This document shows positions 8,908 to 17,981 of a DNA stretch of 53,263 nucleotides, one piece after another (the first letter of the stretch is position 1; each line of letters begins with the position of its first letter). The DNA is from Bacteroidota bacterium (GTDB lineage Bacteria; Bacteroidota; Bacteroidia; NS11-12g; UBA955): contig JBKDBI010000464.1 in assembly GCA_046314695.1 (NCBI GenBank), positions 1-53,263 of the forward strand. The letters are read 5' to 3'. Under the pieces are notes generated by a model. It was not told the DNA's origin and ran no database searches. It saw only the letters and a program-made list of their open reading frames with translations. A program made the position numbers and the translations under genes.

Positions 8908-11900
8908 ATGAGCCAAGCCCCCACTCAAGGTGCGTTGCCCGGCCAAGCTGGGTTTGACGTGTCGCCCTTCGGTTACGAGTCGATCTACTCGGCACCCCGT
9001 AACATCGTCTCCTCGCTGCTCGAAGGTGAAGCCACCTTGAGTGGGGGGATGGCTGCGATGTTCGCACAGGATCGGCTCACTCCGGCTGAGCGTAGCAGCA
9101 CGATCAGGCAGCGGCTTGAGGCGACGACGGGCGATTCATCGGTGAGCAAGGCGTTGTGGGGTGTGGTCACGAACCCGTGGGTGTGGCTGTTTGCGGTTAC
9201 GTCGCCTATTGGAGGCCGAGCGGCCAGTGAGATGTTTAGGTCGGCTCCCAAGTATGTGAGTTGGGTGTCCGATCGGTTCTCCGTGTTCAAGATGCTGGGT
9301 CTCACCAACATCCGATCGCAGCTCGGTGAGCGTGTCAACCAGATGGCCCATCGGGTGGGGGCGGTTCACGACGAGGTACTCAACCGGCCAGAGGTCAAGC
9401 GGGTGTTCGACGCTGAGACTGCCCTCATCAAGCAGCACGGCCTCGACCCCAAGATTGGGCTCAACTGGCGGGAGTACACGGATGGCGATCTGCGGAAGAC
9501 TGTGGCCCGCGACATCAGCACCCTGCTCCACGTACACAGGGACGGGATGCTCACGAATGTCTCGCCCACTCGACTCATGATCGACAAGCAGACCGGCAAG
9601 CTGGCCCTTGAGACGAGGAAGGAAGTACCTGCGCTGCTGACCAACAAGGAGAACTTTGGACGGTTGGTTCAGCAGTATGGGGTTGACGAGTACATCAAGG
9701 CGGTCGATGGGCTGTTCGACATGACGGCCAAACGAATGACCGATGATCCGAAGTGGTTGTTCCGCATGGCACGCGGCACGGGCAGTGCGAACGATGCGTT
9801 CAAGGACATCCATCAGCTTGTGAAGCCGAAGGACAAACTGACGAAGGCTCTGTTTGCTCGTATCAAGCAGATGGACCCTAACAACCCCGACGACGTGCGG
9901 GAGTTGAGCGAGACGTTCGTGCGTCGGTTCATCGAAGATAAGCACTACATGCCACGCAACACCCGTGAGTTGTACAGGAACGGGGAGGTACTGGATGGTA
10001 GAGCACTCAGTCAGGAGAAGAATGTCAGGCCGTCGGGACTGGTGTTTGAGCGGTCGAGGAGCAAGGTTCCCTACCACCCCGAAGACTTGGCGTACGCAGC
10101 ACGATTGATTGATGGGGTTGATCTGCCACAGCTCGCATCGCAGGCTGGCGACAAACCTGCGCGGTTGGTGCGGATGTATAAGGAGGGCAACCGGCAGCTC
10201 AAGGGGTTGCAGGGTGAGCCGGGTGCCGTCTACAGGATCGACTCGGCTCGCTCCATTGATCGCTACGTCAAGGACTACGCGCACAATGAGGCGATGTACA
10301 TGACAGATGTGGGTGATCTGGTGCGGGCTGCTGACCAGCAGTTGTGGGGCAACCTCAAGAAGAGCGGTGCGGTTGTTGAGACGAAGGAGACGTTCGGCGA
10401 CGGTGTGTCGTATGCGTTGCCGCTTGATGAGGTGGAGAAGCAGCTCAAGGGCGGAGTGAGTATCGCTGACTTGCTGGGTCAGGAGTACGTGCTGGCCAAG
10501 GGTCAGTACAACAGAGATCTCATCTCGCATGTGGTGGTGCCACACCTGATGGGTGTGCAGGAATCGCACAGCACGGCGGCTCGCGGAGCGGTGCTCTTCA
10601 CGAAGCAGCTGGCTCGGAACTTTAGCGAGGGCGTGATTGGTGATGGGATCAGGAAGACGGGCGAGTGGGGTCGTCGCTTTGTGGAGAAGATGGGGCAGTA
10701 CGGCAACTCGACAGATGCGGCGGGCGTGGCTCGCACGGCCTCCGAACTTCAGTACCGCGTGAGTCAGACGCTCTACTCGTCGCACCTCGGTATCCCTAAT
10801 GTGGGTTCAGCCCTCATCAACCTGACGCAGCCGATGCTGTTTGCGGGCTCGTGGGTCGGCTACGGTGACGTGCTGGCTGGGTACGGCGCGGCGTTCAAGC
10901 GGCTGGGTGGCTACTTCTCTGACCGCATGAAGATGGGGGCAAAGGTCATCAGCGAGACTGAGCGTAACCAGCTGATCGAGAAGCACTTTGGCGATCTGAC
11001 GAAGTTCAGGGTGGGCAACGAGACCCGCGATCTGCTGGAGATCGGAGAGTCAGGGCTTCAGTTGTACGAGGGCGTGGGCATGGGCCGCCGTGCGTCTGCG
11101 GCTGCTGAGACGACGTGGGACAAGTTCTTTCACGGGACCATGAGCCTGTTCCAGAAGGCGGAGTGGGTCAACCGCGTGACCACGGCAGAAGCAGCCTTGC
11201 GTCTGGCTAAGAGGCAGGGACTTGGTGCGGCGGACACTGCGCTGTTTGCGGACAGGGTGGTGAAGACCACCCAGTTTGGTGGGCACTGGATGGACCAGCC
11301 GCTGGCGTTCTTGGGTGGTAGCCAGAAGGTTGAGGGTGTGGCACGCATCACGTCGTTGGCACAGAATCCACTGCTGCGTCAGTTGCTGTCGTTCCCCACT
11401 CGGACGCTGGTGACGGCGTTTGAGACGGTGCCTCGGCTGGGAGGGCGTGAGGGACTGACGGGGTTCACGGGCTTCCTCAACGACATGGGCCGAGCAATGG
11501 CCATGAGTGCGTTGATGTGGGAGGTGGGTAAGGAGACGCTGGGCATTGATCTGGCGAGGGCTGGCATGTTCGCCGCCACCACCGACGCGATGCCCTTCAT
11601 GTCACAGGGCAGAGTGGACACGCGAGATTCGGTGCTGCCTTTGCCTCCGATCATCGACATTCCGGTGGCGGGCATCAAAAAGCTGTATGAGGATGGGACG
11701 GGAGCGGCGATCGCGGAGACGTTGCCAAGGCTGGTGCCGGGTGGTATCGGCTTCCAACGCATGTTCAACGTTGCACCGGAATTGCCGGGGCCGCTTCAGG
11801 CGGTGCTGGGCCAGAAGCAATTTGCCGACTGGAACAACCGTGCGGCAGATGGGTCGGTGCCCATCTACCGAGAAGATGGAACGCTGCTCCGGTTTGAGGA

Positions 11901-12360
11901 GCCCAAGCGGATGGTGTACCGATCGTTGGGTGTCGATCTGGGTGCGTGGAACCAACCCAGCCAGCTCGACAACTGGCTCGTGAAGAACCGCGATCAGATC
12001 GTGGGCTATCAGCACGAGTACATGCGCAAGATGCTGGGTAATGACCCGGGCGGGGCTGAGGGGGTGGCTCGTGAATTCGAGCGGCGTTATAGGTTGCCGC
12101 TCACTGTGACGAGGGATCAGTGGCGATCCTTCATCGACGCACGAACCACCCCCCGTACTGGTCGTGTACTCGAACGTGTCAACCCGCAGATCCGAGCACA
12201 GTTCCAGCAAGCCGCCAGCCAACTCAACCCGCTCAATCTTCAGGCTGATCCTGACCCAGATCTGCGTCAGGCTGCGATTCAAGGGATGGCTCCCCATCAG
12301 GCGTACGAAGCGATGACTGCCTACGGGGCTCAGCCCAACGGCGGAGCGGGCCAGCCATGA
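8908..12360 (+). CDS. Very large virion-associated protein (1150 aa), function unassigned
   Basis: Longest ORF in the window and last gene of the rightward arm. The start is uncertain: ATG 8908, in-frame TTG 8935 just after a motif copy, or ATG 9049. Confidence 0.65.
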   Translation: MSQAPTQGALPGQAGFDVSPFGYESIYSAPRNIVSSLLEGEATLSGGMAAMFAQDRLTPAERSSTIRQRLEATTGDSSVSKALWGVVTNPWVWLFAVTSPIGGRAASEMFRSAPKYVSWVSDRFSVFKMLGLTNIRSQLGERVNQMAHRVGAVHDEVLNRPEVKRVFDAETALIKQHGLDPKIGLNWREYTDGDLRKTVARDISTLLHVHRDGMLTNVSPTRLMIDKQTGKLALETRKEVPALLTNKENFGRLVQQYGVDEYIKAVDGLFDMTAKRMTDDPKWLFRMARGTGSANDAFKDIHQLVKPKDKLTKALFARIKQMDPNNPDDVRELSETFVRRFIEDKHYMPRNTRELYRNGEVLDGRALSQEKNVRPSGLVFERSRSKVPYHPEDLAYAARLIDGVDLPQLASQAGDKPARLVRMYKEGNRQLKGLQGEPGAVYRIDSARSIDRYVKDYAHNEAMYMTDVGDLVRAADQQLWGNLKKSGAVVETKETFGDGVSYALPLDEVEKQLKGGVSIADLLGQEYVLAKGQYNRDLISHVVVPHLMGVQESHSTAARGAVLFTKQLARNFSEGVIGDGIRKTGEWGRRFVEKMGQYGNSTDAAGVARTASELQYRVSQTLYSSHLGIPNVGSALINLTQPMLFAGSWVGYGDVLAGYGAAFKRLGGYFSDRMKMGAKVISETERNQLIEKHFGDLTKFRVGNETRDLLEIGESGLQLYEGVGMGRRASAAAETTWDKFFHGTMSLFQKAEWVNRVTTAEAALRLAKRQGLGAADTALFADRVVKTTQFGGHWMDQPLAFLGGSQKVEGVARITSLAQNPLLRQLLSFPTRTLVTAFETVPRLGGREGLTGFTGFLNDMGRAMAMSALMWEVGKETLGIDLARAGMFAATTDAMPFMSQGRVDTRDSVLPLPPIIDIPVAGIKKLYEDGTGAAIAETLPRLVPGGIGFQRMFNVAPELPGPLQAVLGQKQFADWNNRAADGSVPIYREDGTLLRFEEPKRMVYRSLGVDLGAWNQPSQLDNWLVKNRDQIVGYQHEYMRKMLGNDPGGAEGVAREFERRYRLPLTVTRDQWRSFIDARTTPRTGRVLERVNPQIRAQFQQAASQLNPLNLQADPDPDLRQAAIQGMAPHQAYEAMTAYGAQPNGGAGQP
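8918..8932 (+). repeat. Signature motif copy (CCCCCACTCAAGGTG)
   Basis: Co-oriented with the gene. It lies 7 nt after the ATG 8908 codon and is read as APTQG. An in-frame TTG follows at 8935. Confidence 0.95.
9033..9048 (-). repeat. Signature motif copy (minus strand)
   Basis: CACCTTGAGTGGGGGG on the plus strand, read as TLSGG. It is convergent with copy 8918, with 100 nt between them. Confidence 0.95.
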
Positions 12361-12877
12361 TCTTGATGTAGAGCACCAGCACATCGTCAGTGAGAAGCCA
12401 CGCACCCGGGTACCGCCCCTCCCTGAGCAGAAAGGAGAGGCGGTCAGCCTGCTGCGTGCCGAAGGTGCGGGTCCAGCTGGTGCAGAGTTCGGGCGTGGTG
12501 GAAAGCCGCAAGGTGCGAACCCACTTGTCGTTGCCTTTGTCTCGCTGGCTCATGTTGAGCGTGACCATCTCGTTGAACCACATCACCCTCGCTTGCCCTT
12601 CCACCGACACAAACAACTCGGCACAACGAGGGGCAGTGATCGGTTGACTCGGCTTGAGGAGGGGCGGGCCGCACCACACCAGATAGCCGTTGTGGGCGAG
12701 CGATGGTGCCCACCCCAGCAGGCCCTTGGTCTTCACGGCATCCAGACGCTGCCACGGCACCACCTCCTCGGGTGGTGGCCCATTGCGCCAGGTGAGGGTG
12801 ACAGGGACGAGATCGGGTGAGCGGCTCTTGCGTCTGAGCGTCACCGTCATTTGACCGATCGCTTGTCGCTTGCTCAC
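12233..12877 (-). CDS. Hypothetical protein (214 aa), last gene of the leftward arm
   Basis: GTG 12877 overlaps the upstream stop (GTGA) and is preceded by GAGGGAGGG. Its 3' end overlaps the convergent gene 8908..12360 by 128 nt. Confidence 0.45.
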   Translation of the reverse strand: MSKRQAIGQMTVTLRRKSRSPDLVPVTLTWRNGPPPEEVVPWQRLDAVKTKGLLGWAPSLAHNGYLVWCGPPLLKPSQPITAPRCAELFVSVEGQARVMWFNEMVTLNMSQRDKGNDKWVRTLRLSTTPELCTSWTRTFGTQQADRLSFLLREGRYPGAWLLTDDVLVLYIKIMAGPLRRWAEPRRQSSLRTPDGEPSLESQPDADLGQDQPED

Positions 12878-13437
12878 GACAACCCTCCCTCAGCCTCGTC
12901 ATCGGGGTCGGGCGGGAACGACGCAGGATCGACCATCTCACTCTTGATGAGTTGACCTGTGGCTTCCAACATAGTTTGCTGCTGGGCAGGTACGACCCAC
13001 GAGCGATGCACTTGCACCATCGCCAGCATGATGCTCCTGAGTGCCCTGAGCAGCTTCTCATCATCGCTCATGTTCTCGAAGGTCATCTCGGTGGTGCTGT
13101 GCCGAAGCGGGCTGTCCTTGTAGGGCAGCTTGGCCCAGCTTCGAGCTGTCTCCAGCACAAGGCCCTCCGCTGATTCGATGATGGCTCCAGCCTTCTCCAT
13201 GCAGCGGATGGCGGATGCGGTGGTCTTGTCGTCGTGCGGATCGTCGAGCACGGTCGCCTGCATCTTCTGGATGAGAGCAGCCATGAGGCCGAGGCCCATG
13301 CCGCACATCTCAGCGATGGGCTGCACGTAGGCAGTGGGCAGTTTCTTGAAGTCGCCGCTCCCCGTGAAGTGGGAGTGAGCTTGATCGGAAAGCGACTCAA
13401 ACCTTGCCATCTTCAACCTTATATTGTTGTCGTCCAT
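12874..13437 (-). CDS. Hypothetical protein (187 aa)
   Basis: Start refined to ATG 13437 (MDDNNIRLK) because the motif AAGGTG sits 4 nt upstream. Confidence 0.55.
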   Translation of the reverse strand: MDDNNIRLKMARFESLSDQAHSHFTGSGDFKKLPTAYVQPIAEMCGMGLGLMAALIQKMQATVLDDPHDDKTTASAIRCMEKAGAIIESAEGLVLETARSWAKLPYKDSPLRHSTTEMTFENMSDDEKLLRALRSIMLAMVQVHRSWVVPAQQQTMLEATGQLIKSEMVDPASFPPDPDDEAEGGLS

Positions 13438-13441
13438 AAAG

Positions 13442-13457
13442 CACCTTGAGTGGGGGG
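13442..13457 (-). repeat. Signature motif copy (minus strand)
   Basis: CCCCCCACTCAAGGTG-cttt-ATG(13437). Confidence 0.95.
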
Positions 13458-13547
13458 AATGAACACCGGACACAAAGAAGCCCGCACCATTCCTGATGCG
13501 GGCTCCACGGAAGAGAGAGATGTTCTGCCGTTGATCGTGTGATCGCC

Positions 13548-13796
13548 TCAGCACTTCCAAGCGCGGAGGGCTTTGTTGATGCGGCTGTTCGGGTCTCGGG
13601 CTGTCTTGGCTGACGTGAGCTTCCTCTTCATGCCAAGCATCCTCGCACAGAAGGATGCCTTGCGAGGCCCGCCTCCCGGTTGAGGAGCCTTGAGATTGCC
13701 ACCAGTTGCTTTGTTGTAGGCTGAACGCCCAGCGGCGTTCAGCCCACCATTCGGATTCTTGTGCTTGGCCTTGAACGCGAACTTCGGCTTAGCCAT
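13548..13796 (-). CDS. Small basic protein (82 aa), unassigned
   Basis: ATG 13796 (MAKPKFAFKAKHKNPNGGLNAAGRSAYNK...RINKALRAWKC). Lys/Arg-rich. Confidence 0.55.
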   Translation of the reverse strand: MAKPKFAFKAKHKNPNGGLNAAGRSAYNKATGGNLKAPQPGGGPRKASFCARMLGMKRKLTSAKTARDPNSRINKALRAWKC

Positions 13797-13854
13797 AGGT
13801 GACACCCCTTAGCAACCTGCATCTTGCCTGTGCTGTTGCGATCATGGGGAGTGG

Positions 13855-13896
13855 TCAGCACTTGCCGCCCTTGCCCTTACCTTTGCCCTTAGCCAT
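13855..13896 (-). CDS. 13-codon Lys/Gly mini-ORF (MAKGKGKGKGGKC)
   Basis: ATG 13896 lies 3 nt after an exceptionally long SD. TGA at 13855-13857. Too short to be sure it is translated. Confidence 0.25.
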   Translation of the reverse strand: MAKGKGKGKGGKC

Positions 13897-13897
13897 T

Positions 13898-13913
13898 GGA
13901 TCACCTCCTTTCT
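13898..13913 (-). promoter_or_regulatory. Extended Shine-Dalgarno (AGAAAGGAGGTGATCC on minus strand)
   Basis: The plus strand reads GGATCACCTCCTTTCT, the typical bacterial 16S rRNA 3' terminus. The minus-strand mRNA is therefore complementary to the anti-SD tail over about 13-16 nt. Confidence 0.5.
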
Positions 13914-13979
13914 GAGTTGAGGTGCGAGCCACAAAGCTTCCTGAATAGTGGGGAGGCTGGTGGTGTTCCAAGCCTCCCG

Positions 13980-13995
13980 CACCTTGAGTGGGGGG
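13980..13995 (-). repeat. Signature motif copy (minus strand)
   Basis: Intergenic, 20 nt after the stop of 14016..14606. In the transcription direction it is followed by an 8-bp hairpin GGGAGGCT/AGCCTCCC (13951-13978). Confidence 0.95.
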
Positions 13996-14015
13996 TCAGA
14001 TTCTAGGCCCGACGA

Positions 14016-14606
14016 TCAAGCCTTGGGAGCGACGGCCACGCCCTGCACCAGCCGGTTGATGTAGACGTTCCGGTTGGTGTACTCCTTGCCGTTCTTGGCC
14101 GTGGTCTTCTTGCTGGCGCAGCTCACGTCGAGCTGGATGGCGGTGCCAGAAGAGTTGGCGGTGTCCATCAGATCGAGCACAGTCTGCACGTCGTTCTGGA
14201 GGGAGGCCGACGCTTCCTGCCCAGTGAGGTGCTGGTAGAAGCCCTTGAACTGGCTGAGGTTGATGCGGATGTTGGTCTGCTTACCGTCAGGCAGCTTCTT
14301 GACCTGATCGGGAGCCAGAGCGGGAAGCCGCATCGTCGAGCCCGTGAACTCCATGCCGCTGATGGCGGGGTCGGCGTGCTCGGGGATGATGTAGTGGGGG
14401 GTGATGTCGAAGCAGGGGACGGTGGGGCCATCCTTCTGATCGGACAACTGGAACTTGTCGATGCCCGTCTCGATCTTGGTGAGGACGACCGTGTACACGC
14501 CGTCCGGCGGGAAGCGACGGCCAGCGTCGGCCTTAGCCTCGGCGTACGCCTGAGAGATGGCGTTGAACTGGGACTGGAACTGAGCAAACGCAGAATCTGA
14601 AGACAT
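14016..14606 (-). CDS. Hypothetical protein (196 aa), possibly a DUF669-like / ssDNA-binding accessory of the neighbouring ATPase
   Basis: ATG 14606 (MSSDSAFAQF) with GGAG 5 nt upstream. The position directly after an AAA_24-like ATPase and the PPDGVYTVVLTKIE..F..T pattern are my only basis. Confidence 0.4.
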   Translation of the reverse strand: MSSDSAFAQFQSQFNAISQAYAEAKADAGRRFPPDGVYTVVLTKIETGIDKFQLSDQKDGPTVPCFDITPHYIIPEHADPAISGMEFTGSTMRLPALAPDQVKKLPDGKQTNIRINLSQFKGFYQHLTGQEASASLQNDVQTVLDLMDTANSSGTAIQLDVSCASKKTTAKNGKEYTNRNVYINRLVQGVAVAPKA

Positions 14607-14635
14607 AAAAACTCCGTGCCTTGCGGCAAAGTGCG

Positions 14636-15583
14636 TCAGGTCGCTGACGCGGGTGAGGGTGAAGCAGATGCCGACACGGTATCTGCAACGCACTTGTCAT
14701 AAATCTTGAGGAACTCGGTGAACGCAGTGTGGTCGTTCGGCACGTCGAACTGATCAGGCAGCTGGACGCGACGACCGAACACCTTTTCGAGTCCGGGCTG
14801 GCTAGCCTGAACTCGCAAACGTGACTCGATCCTCACGTCCGACTTCTTCATCTTCGTGCCGTTGGCCAGCGTGATCTCGCGGGTGATGGGGGTGGAATGG
14901 TCGAAACAGGAGATGCCCATCATGAGGTCGGCGAGCGGGAAGAGCCGCTTGTAGAGGCCGTCGGTGATTGCCACGTCGAGCCGCTGGGCGGTCTTGCCGC
15001 CGTCGTCGATGGGGATGTTGATGTAGGTGAGGTGGACCACCACCCCCACACCGTAGCCCGCGTTCTTGAGGCTGTTGAAGATGCGAATCAGCTCTGAGTA
15101 CGCCGCCTCATAGGCGCGACGAGATTCGGTGATGTCTTGGAAGGTGGGGAAGTTGAGCTTGGTAGCGACCCACTGCTTGACCATCTCGTAGCAGGTGGTG
15201 AGTGAGTCGAAGTGGACGACGCGGGGCCGAGGACGCTTATTCTTGGCAGCGTCCAACAGTTGAGTTTCGAGTTCCCTGATAGAATCCCACGAAAAGTTGA
15301 AGGGAGAACCCGTAGATGTGATGGGGCCGGGCCGCTCAGGGTCGGTAGACATGTGCGGCCACACCTGACAGCGGGGGTGGTACTGCGGCCCCAAGTCCGA
15401 GTTGATGATGAGCGCACCTTCGTAACCCTGAAGGAAGCGGGACTTGCCCTGCTTAGGCAATCCGCAATAGAGCACGATCGAGTTGAGCGGCGTGTTGAAG
15501 TGTGCAGTGCCAGTCGCCCCGAACGATCCGTAGATCTGCTGGATCGACTGGCCTGCTGCAAGTGTGTGCGTGGCTTGACTCAC
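14636..15583 (-). CDS. RecA-fold P-loop ATPase (AAA_24 / Sak4-like recombination protein)
   Basis: Walker A LYCGLPKQGKSRF and Walker B-like PRVVHFDSLT. GTG 15583 is preceded by GAAAGGA. Confidence 0.6.
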   Translation of the reverse strand: MSQATHTLAAGQSIQQIYGSFGATGTAHFNTPLNSIVLYCGLPKQGKSRFLQGYEGALIINSDLGPQYHPRCQVWPHMSTDPERPGPITSTGSPFNFSWDSIRELETQLLDAAKNKRPRPRVVHFDSLTTCYEMVKQWVATKLNFPTFQDITESRRAYEAAYSELIRIFNSLKNAGYGVGVVVHLTYINIPIDDGGKTAQRLDVAITDGLYKRLFPLADLMMGISCFDHSTPITREITLANGTKMKKSDVRIESRLRVQASQPGLEKVFGRRVQLPDQFDVPNDHTAFTEFLKIYDKCVADTVSASASPSPASAT

Positions 15584-15594
15584 GAGTCATCCTT

Positions 15595-16146
15595 TCAGTG
15601 AGTGATGTTGTTGATGCCCGCGATCCCTGCGGTCGCGTAGACCGGCACCTGATCGGGCTGACCGTCGAGACCGGCGAAGAGGTTGTCGGGCAACGTAGGC
15701 TGAACTCCCTCGCTCGGAGCCCGCACGTCGAGAGGCAGGGCAGTCTGCGGCTCGGGCCACTGCTGCTGAACCGGGTCTTCCTGCTGCATGATCGGTGAGC
15801 GGGGAGTGGGAACAGGCTGAGGCTGGGGGACGAAGGCGGTCTCGGCGACGAAGGCGCGGCGGGTGGTGATACCGAGGGCAGCGATCCACCGCTTCCACAT
15901 CGTGGGCTTCACCCGGATGGAGAAGCCCCGATTGGCGAGGGCCTTGTTGAACCGGGTCAACCCCCCACTCAAGGTGTTGTCTCCGCTGTTGATAGCAGCC
16001 AGCACATCGGCGCGAAGGTGGTCGATGATGCCGAAGCGGGGGTGCTCGATGTAGGGGAGCAGAGGATGGCTGGCGGGGAGCAGCCCGGTCAGCTTGCTGG
16101 GGCGAGAGCGGTTTGACTTGCGAGCACGAATCTTCTTGCGAGGCAT
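15595..16146 (-). CDS. Hypothetical basic protein (183 aa), possible DNA-binding
   Basis: ATG 16146 (MPRKKIRARKSNR) with a GGAGAA SD. It contains an antisense motif copy read as NTLSGG. Confidence 0.5.
   Translation of the reverse strand: MPRKKIRARKSNRSRPSKLTGLLPASHPLLPYIEHPRFGIIDHLRADVLAAINSGDNTLSGGLTRFNKALANRGFSIRVKPTMWKRWIAALGITTRRAFVAETAFVPQPQPVPTPRSPIMQQEDPVQQQWPEPQTALPLDVRAPSEGVQPTLPDNLFAGLDGQPDQVPVYATAGIAGINNITH
15961..15976 (+). repeat. Signature motif copy (plus strand)
   Basis: Perfect CCCCCCACTCAAGGTG, antisense inside gene 15595..16146. It is convergent with copy 16168, with 191 nt between them. Confidence 0.95.
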
Positions 16147-16167
16147 GGTGTTCTCCGTGTCTTGCGA

Positions 16168-16183
16168 CACCTTGAGTGGGGGG
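16168..16183 (-). repeat. Signature motif copy (minus strand)
   Basis: Perfect copy 21 nt upstream of ATG 16146. Confidence 0.95.
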
Positions 16184-16223
16184 AATCCACAGAGCCGAGC
16201 GGCTCAAGACGTGGGGTCTGGGG

Positions 16224-17480
16224 TTACTTTTCGTCGGTAGCGTCGCGTGGGCTGATGATGAGGTTGTTGTCGCTCATCACCTTGGGCCAAGCGATGGGGG
16301 ATGAGAGGTAGAAGGCGGCATAGGGAGAGAGGCCAGACTGGTGAGACCAGCAGCCGTCGTGGAACTGGGGGAAGAAGGCGGGTTCGGCAGGCATCGTCGC
16401 ATAGTGGTTGATCTGGTCAATGGACTTGTAGGTCTGGGCGATGACGTGATCCTGCTCGAAGTAGGAGGCAGAAGTGTAGGAGATGTTGACGACAGGGCAA
16501 GTCTCTCGTTCAAGTTTTTCGGTGACGTATTCACCTTCTGCGGTGTACCAGTCACGCACTCGTTTGAGGTAGTTGCCGAGCACGGGGTCGCCATACATCT
16601 TGCTGGTTAGGCGGACTACACCTTTGTCGGGTCCACGAGTCAGAGTCTTCTCGATGGTGACAGTGTTGCGGTCTTTGCCACTGAAGCGGATGGACGGCTT
16701 CTGGACGCAGATGTGCGTCATGCCACCATAGGTGGTGTCGGAGGGCAGGCCGTACTCTTCCTGTAGGGTTTGAGTGCGGAGGGCCTCCATGATGGCGATG
16801 CTGTAGAGGCGGGTCTGAAACTCCAAGGGGCACACCTGAGCCCGCTCGGAGGGCTTCTTGGTGGTGGTCTTGTAGTCGATGATGAAGAGCCGCTTCTTGA
16901 TGCTGTCGTAGAGAAGGGCGTCGGGCACGATGCGTACGGCGGTGGTCACGCCGCTGAGCTTCACGGTGATGGCGGGTTCGCAGGCCACGACGGAAAGGCC
17001 GGGCTGCGTGAGGTAACGACGGATGGAGAAGCCGGTCGTTGAGATGGGGGTGTCGAGTGCGCACTGAGCCCAGACGCAGGCTTCGAGGCATCGCTTCTTC
17101 TCGTCGTCGAGCATGAGTTGGATGGAGCCGGGAGATTGGCCGAACAGTTTACCGTAGTCGGTGAGTTCGGTCAGGCGGTGGTCGAGACACGCCTTGACGA
17201 AGGGCGAGTCGAGTTCGTCGGGGGAGCCGGGCTCGGCGTTGGGCTGCCACCCTTCCATGTACTTGTGGAACCACGAGCCGTGTGAGAGGGCTTCGGAGTT
17301 CTTGATGGCAGGCACGATGGAGAGCCGCCGGACGAGGTAGTAGAGGAAGGGACAGTTGCGGACAAGGGAGGAGTCAGAGGAGCGGATGAGGGGGGTGCGA
17401 GCGACGAGGCCGTTGTGAGCGAGCCAGTCGGACGCGTCATAGAGGGAAGTGAACTGGGGAGTGGGGGTGGGGGGTGGCAT
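16224..17480 (-). CDS. PD-(D/E)XK (RecB/Cas4-like) exonuclease
   Basis: IVPDALLYD ... LFIIDYKTT fits the D...(D/E)xK nuclease core. 418 aa. Neighbours are recombination genes. Confidence 0.6.
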   Translation of the reverse strand: MPPPTPTPQFTSLYDASDWLAHNGLVARTPLIRSSDSSLVRNCPFLYYLVRRLSIVPAIKNSEALSHGSWFHKYMEGWQPNAEPGSPDELDSPFVKACLDHRLTELTDYGKLFGQSPGSIQLMLDDEKKRCLEACVWAQCALDTPISTTGFSIRRYLTQPGLSVVACEPAITVKLSGVTTAVRIVPDALLYDSIKKRLFIIDYKTTTKKPSERAQVCPLEFQTRLYSIAIMEALRTQTLQEEYGLPSDTTYGGMTHICVQKPSIRFSGKDRNTVTIEKTLTRGPDKGVVRLTSKMYGDPVLGNYLKRVRDWYTAEGEYVTEKLERETCPVVNISYTSASYFEQDHVIAQTYKSIDQINHYATMPAEPAFFPQFHDGCWSHQSGLSPYAAFYLSSPIAWPKVMSDNNLIISPRDATDEK

Positions 17481-17695
17481 CAGTTGGGCTTCTTTCCGGT
17501 TCGCTTGTCGAAGGCAGCGAGGAACTTCCCACTGTCGAAGTTGGCGTTCGCCTCACGGACCTTCTGACAGGTGATGTTGAGGATGGCGGCACGGGTGCGG
17601 TCTGCGACAGACAGGGGCATGTCGCGGTCTGAGCTGATCCTGCGGTCGAACTCTACGAGGATGTCAACGAGCACGTCGTAATCTTTGCGAGTCAT
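17480..17695 (-). CDS. Hypothetical protein (71 aa)
   Basis: Both its start and its stop overlap the neighbouring genes by 1 nt. Confidence 0.5.
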   Translation of the reverse strand: MTRKDYDVLVDILVEFDRRISSDRDMPLSVADRTRAAILNITCQKVREANANFDSGKFLAAFDKRTGKKPN

Positions 17696-17976
17696 CAGGG
17701 GCTTTCTGGTGCTGAGGCACCTTCACGGAGGGTCTGGATGGCTGCACGCCAGCCATCATCGAAGCCCTCCCTGTAGCGGATGGTTCGTTCTGCGTCGTCA
17801 AAAGAGTCGTACCAGTCTTTGCACCGCTCGGCCACCTTGCGTCGGTGGAGCGGGTCTACGTCTTCGTCCCTGCCGTTCTCGCGGAAGCTGAACCGGATGA
17901 GCGAGATCAGCTCGTCGGCAAGCTGCCCGAAGAAGTGCTCAGCAGGCAGATCATCTCTGTACTTGGTCTTCTCCAT
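17695..17976 (-). CDS. Hypothetical protein (93 aa)
   Basis: ATG 17976 lies 5 nt after the motif-embedded AAGGAG. Confidence 0.55.
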   Translation of the reverse strand: MEKTKYRDDLPAEHFFGQLADELISLIRFSFRENGRDEDVDPLHRRKVAERCKDWYDSFDDAERTIRYREGFDDGWRAAIQTLREGASAPESP

Positions 17977-17981
17977 GTGAA

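Noticed and set aside
15961-16183. Convergent motif pairs as terminal inverted repeats of MITE-like mobile elements
   Set aside because: The sequences enclosed by the four short pairs (8918-9048, 15961-16183, 41024-41086, 42774-43044) are unrelated to each other. Some are genuine coding sequence. No target-site duplications are evident.
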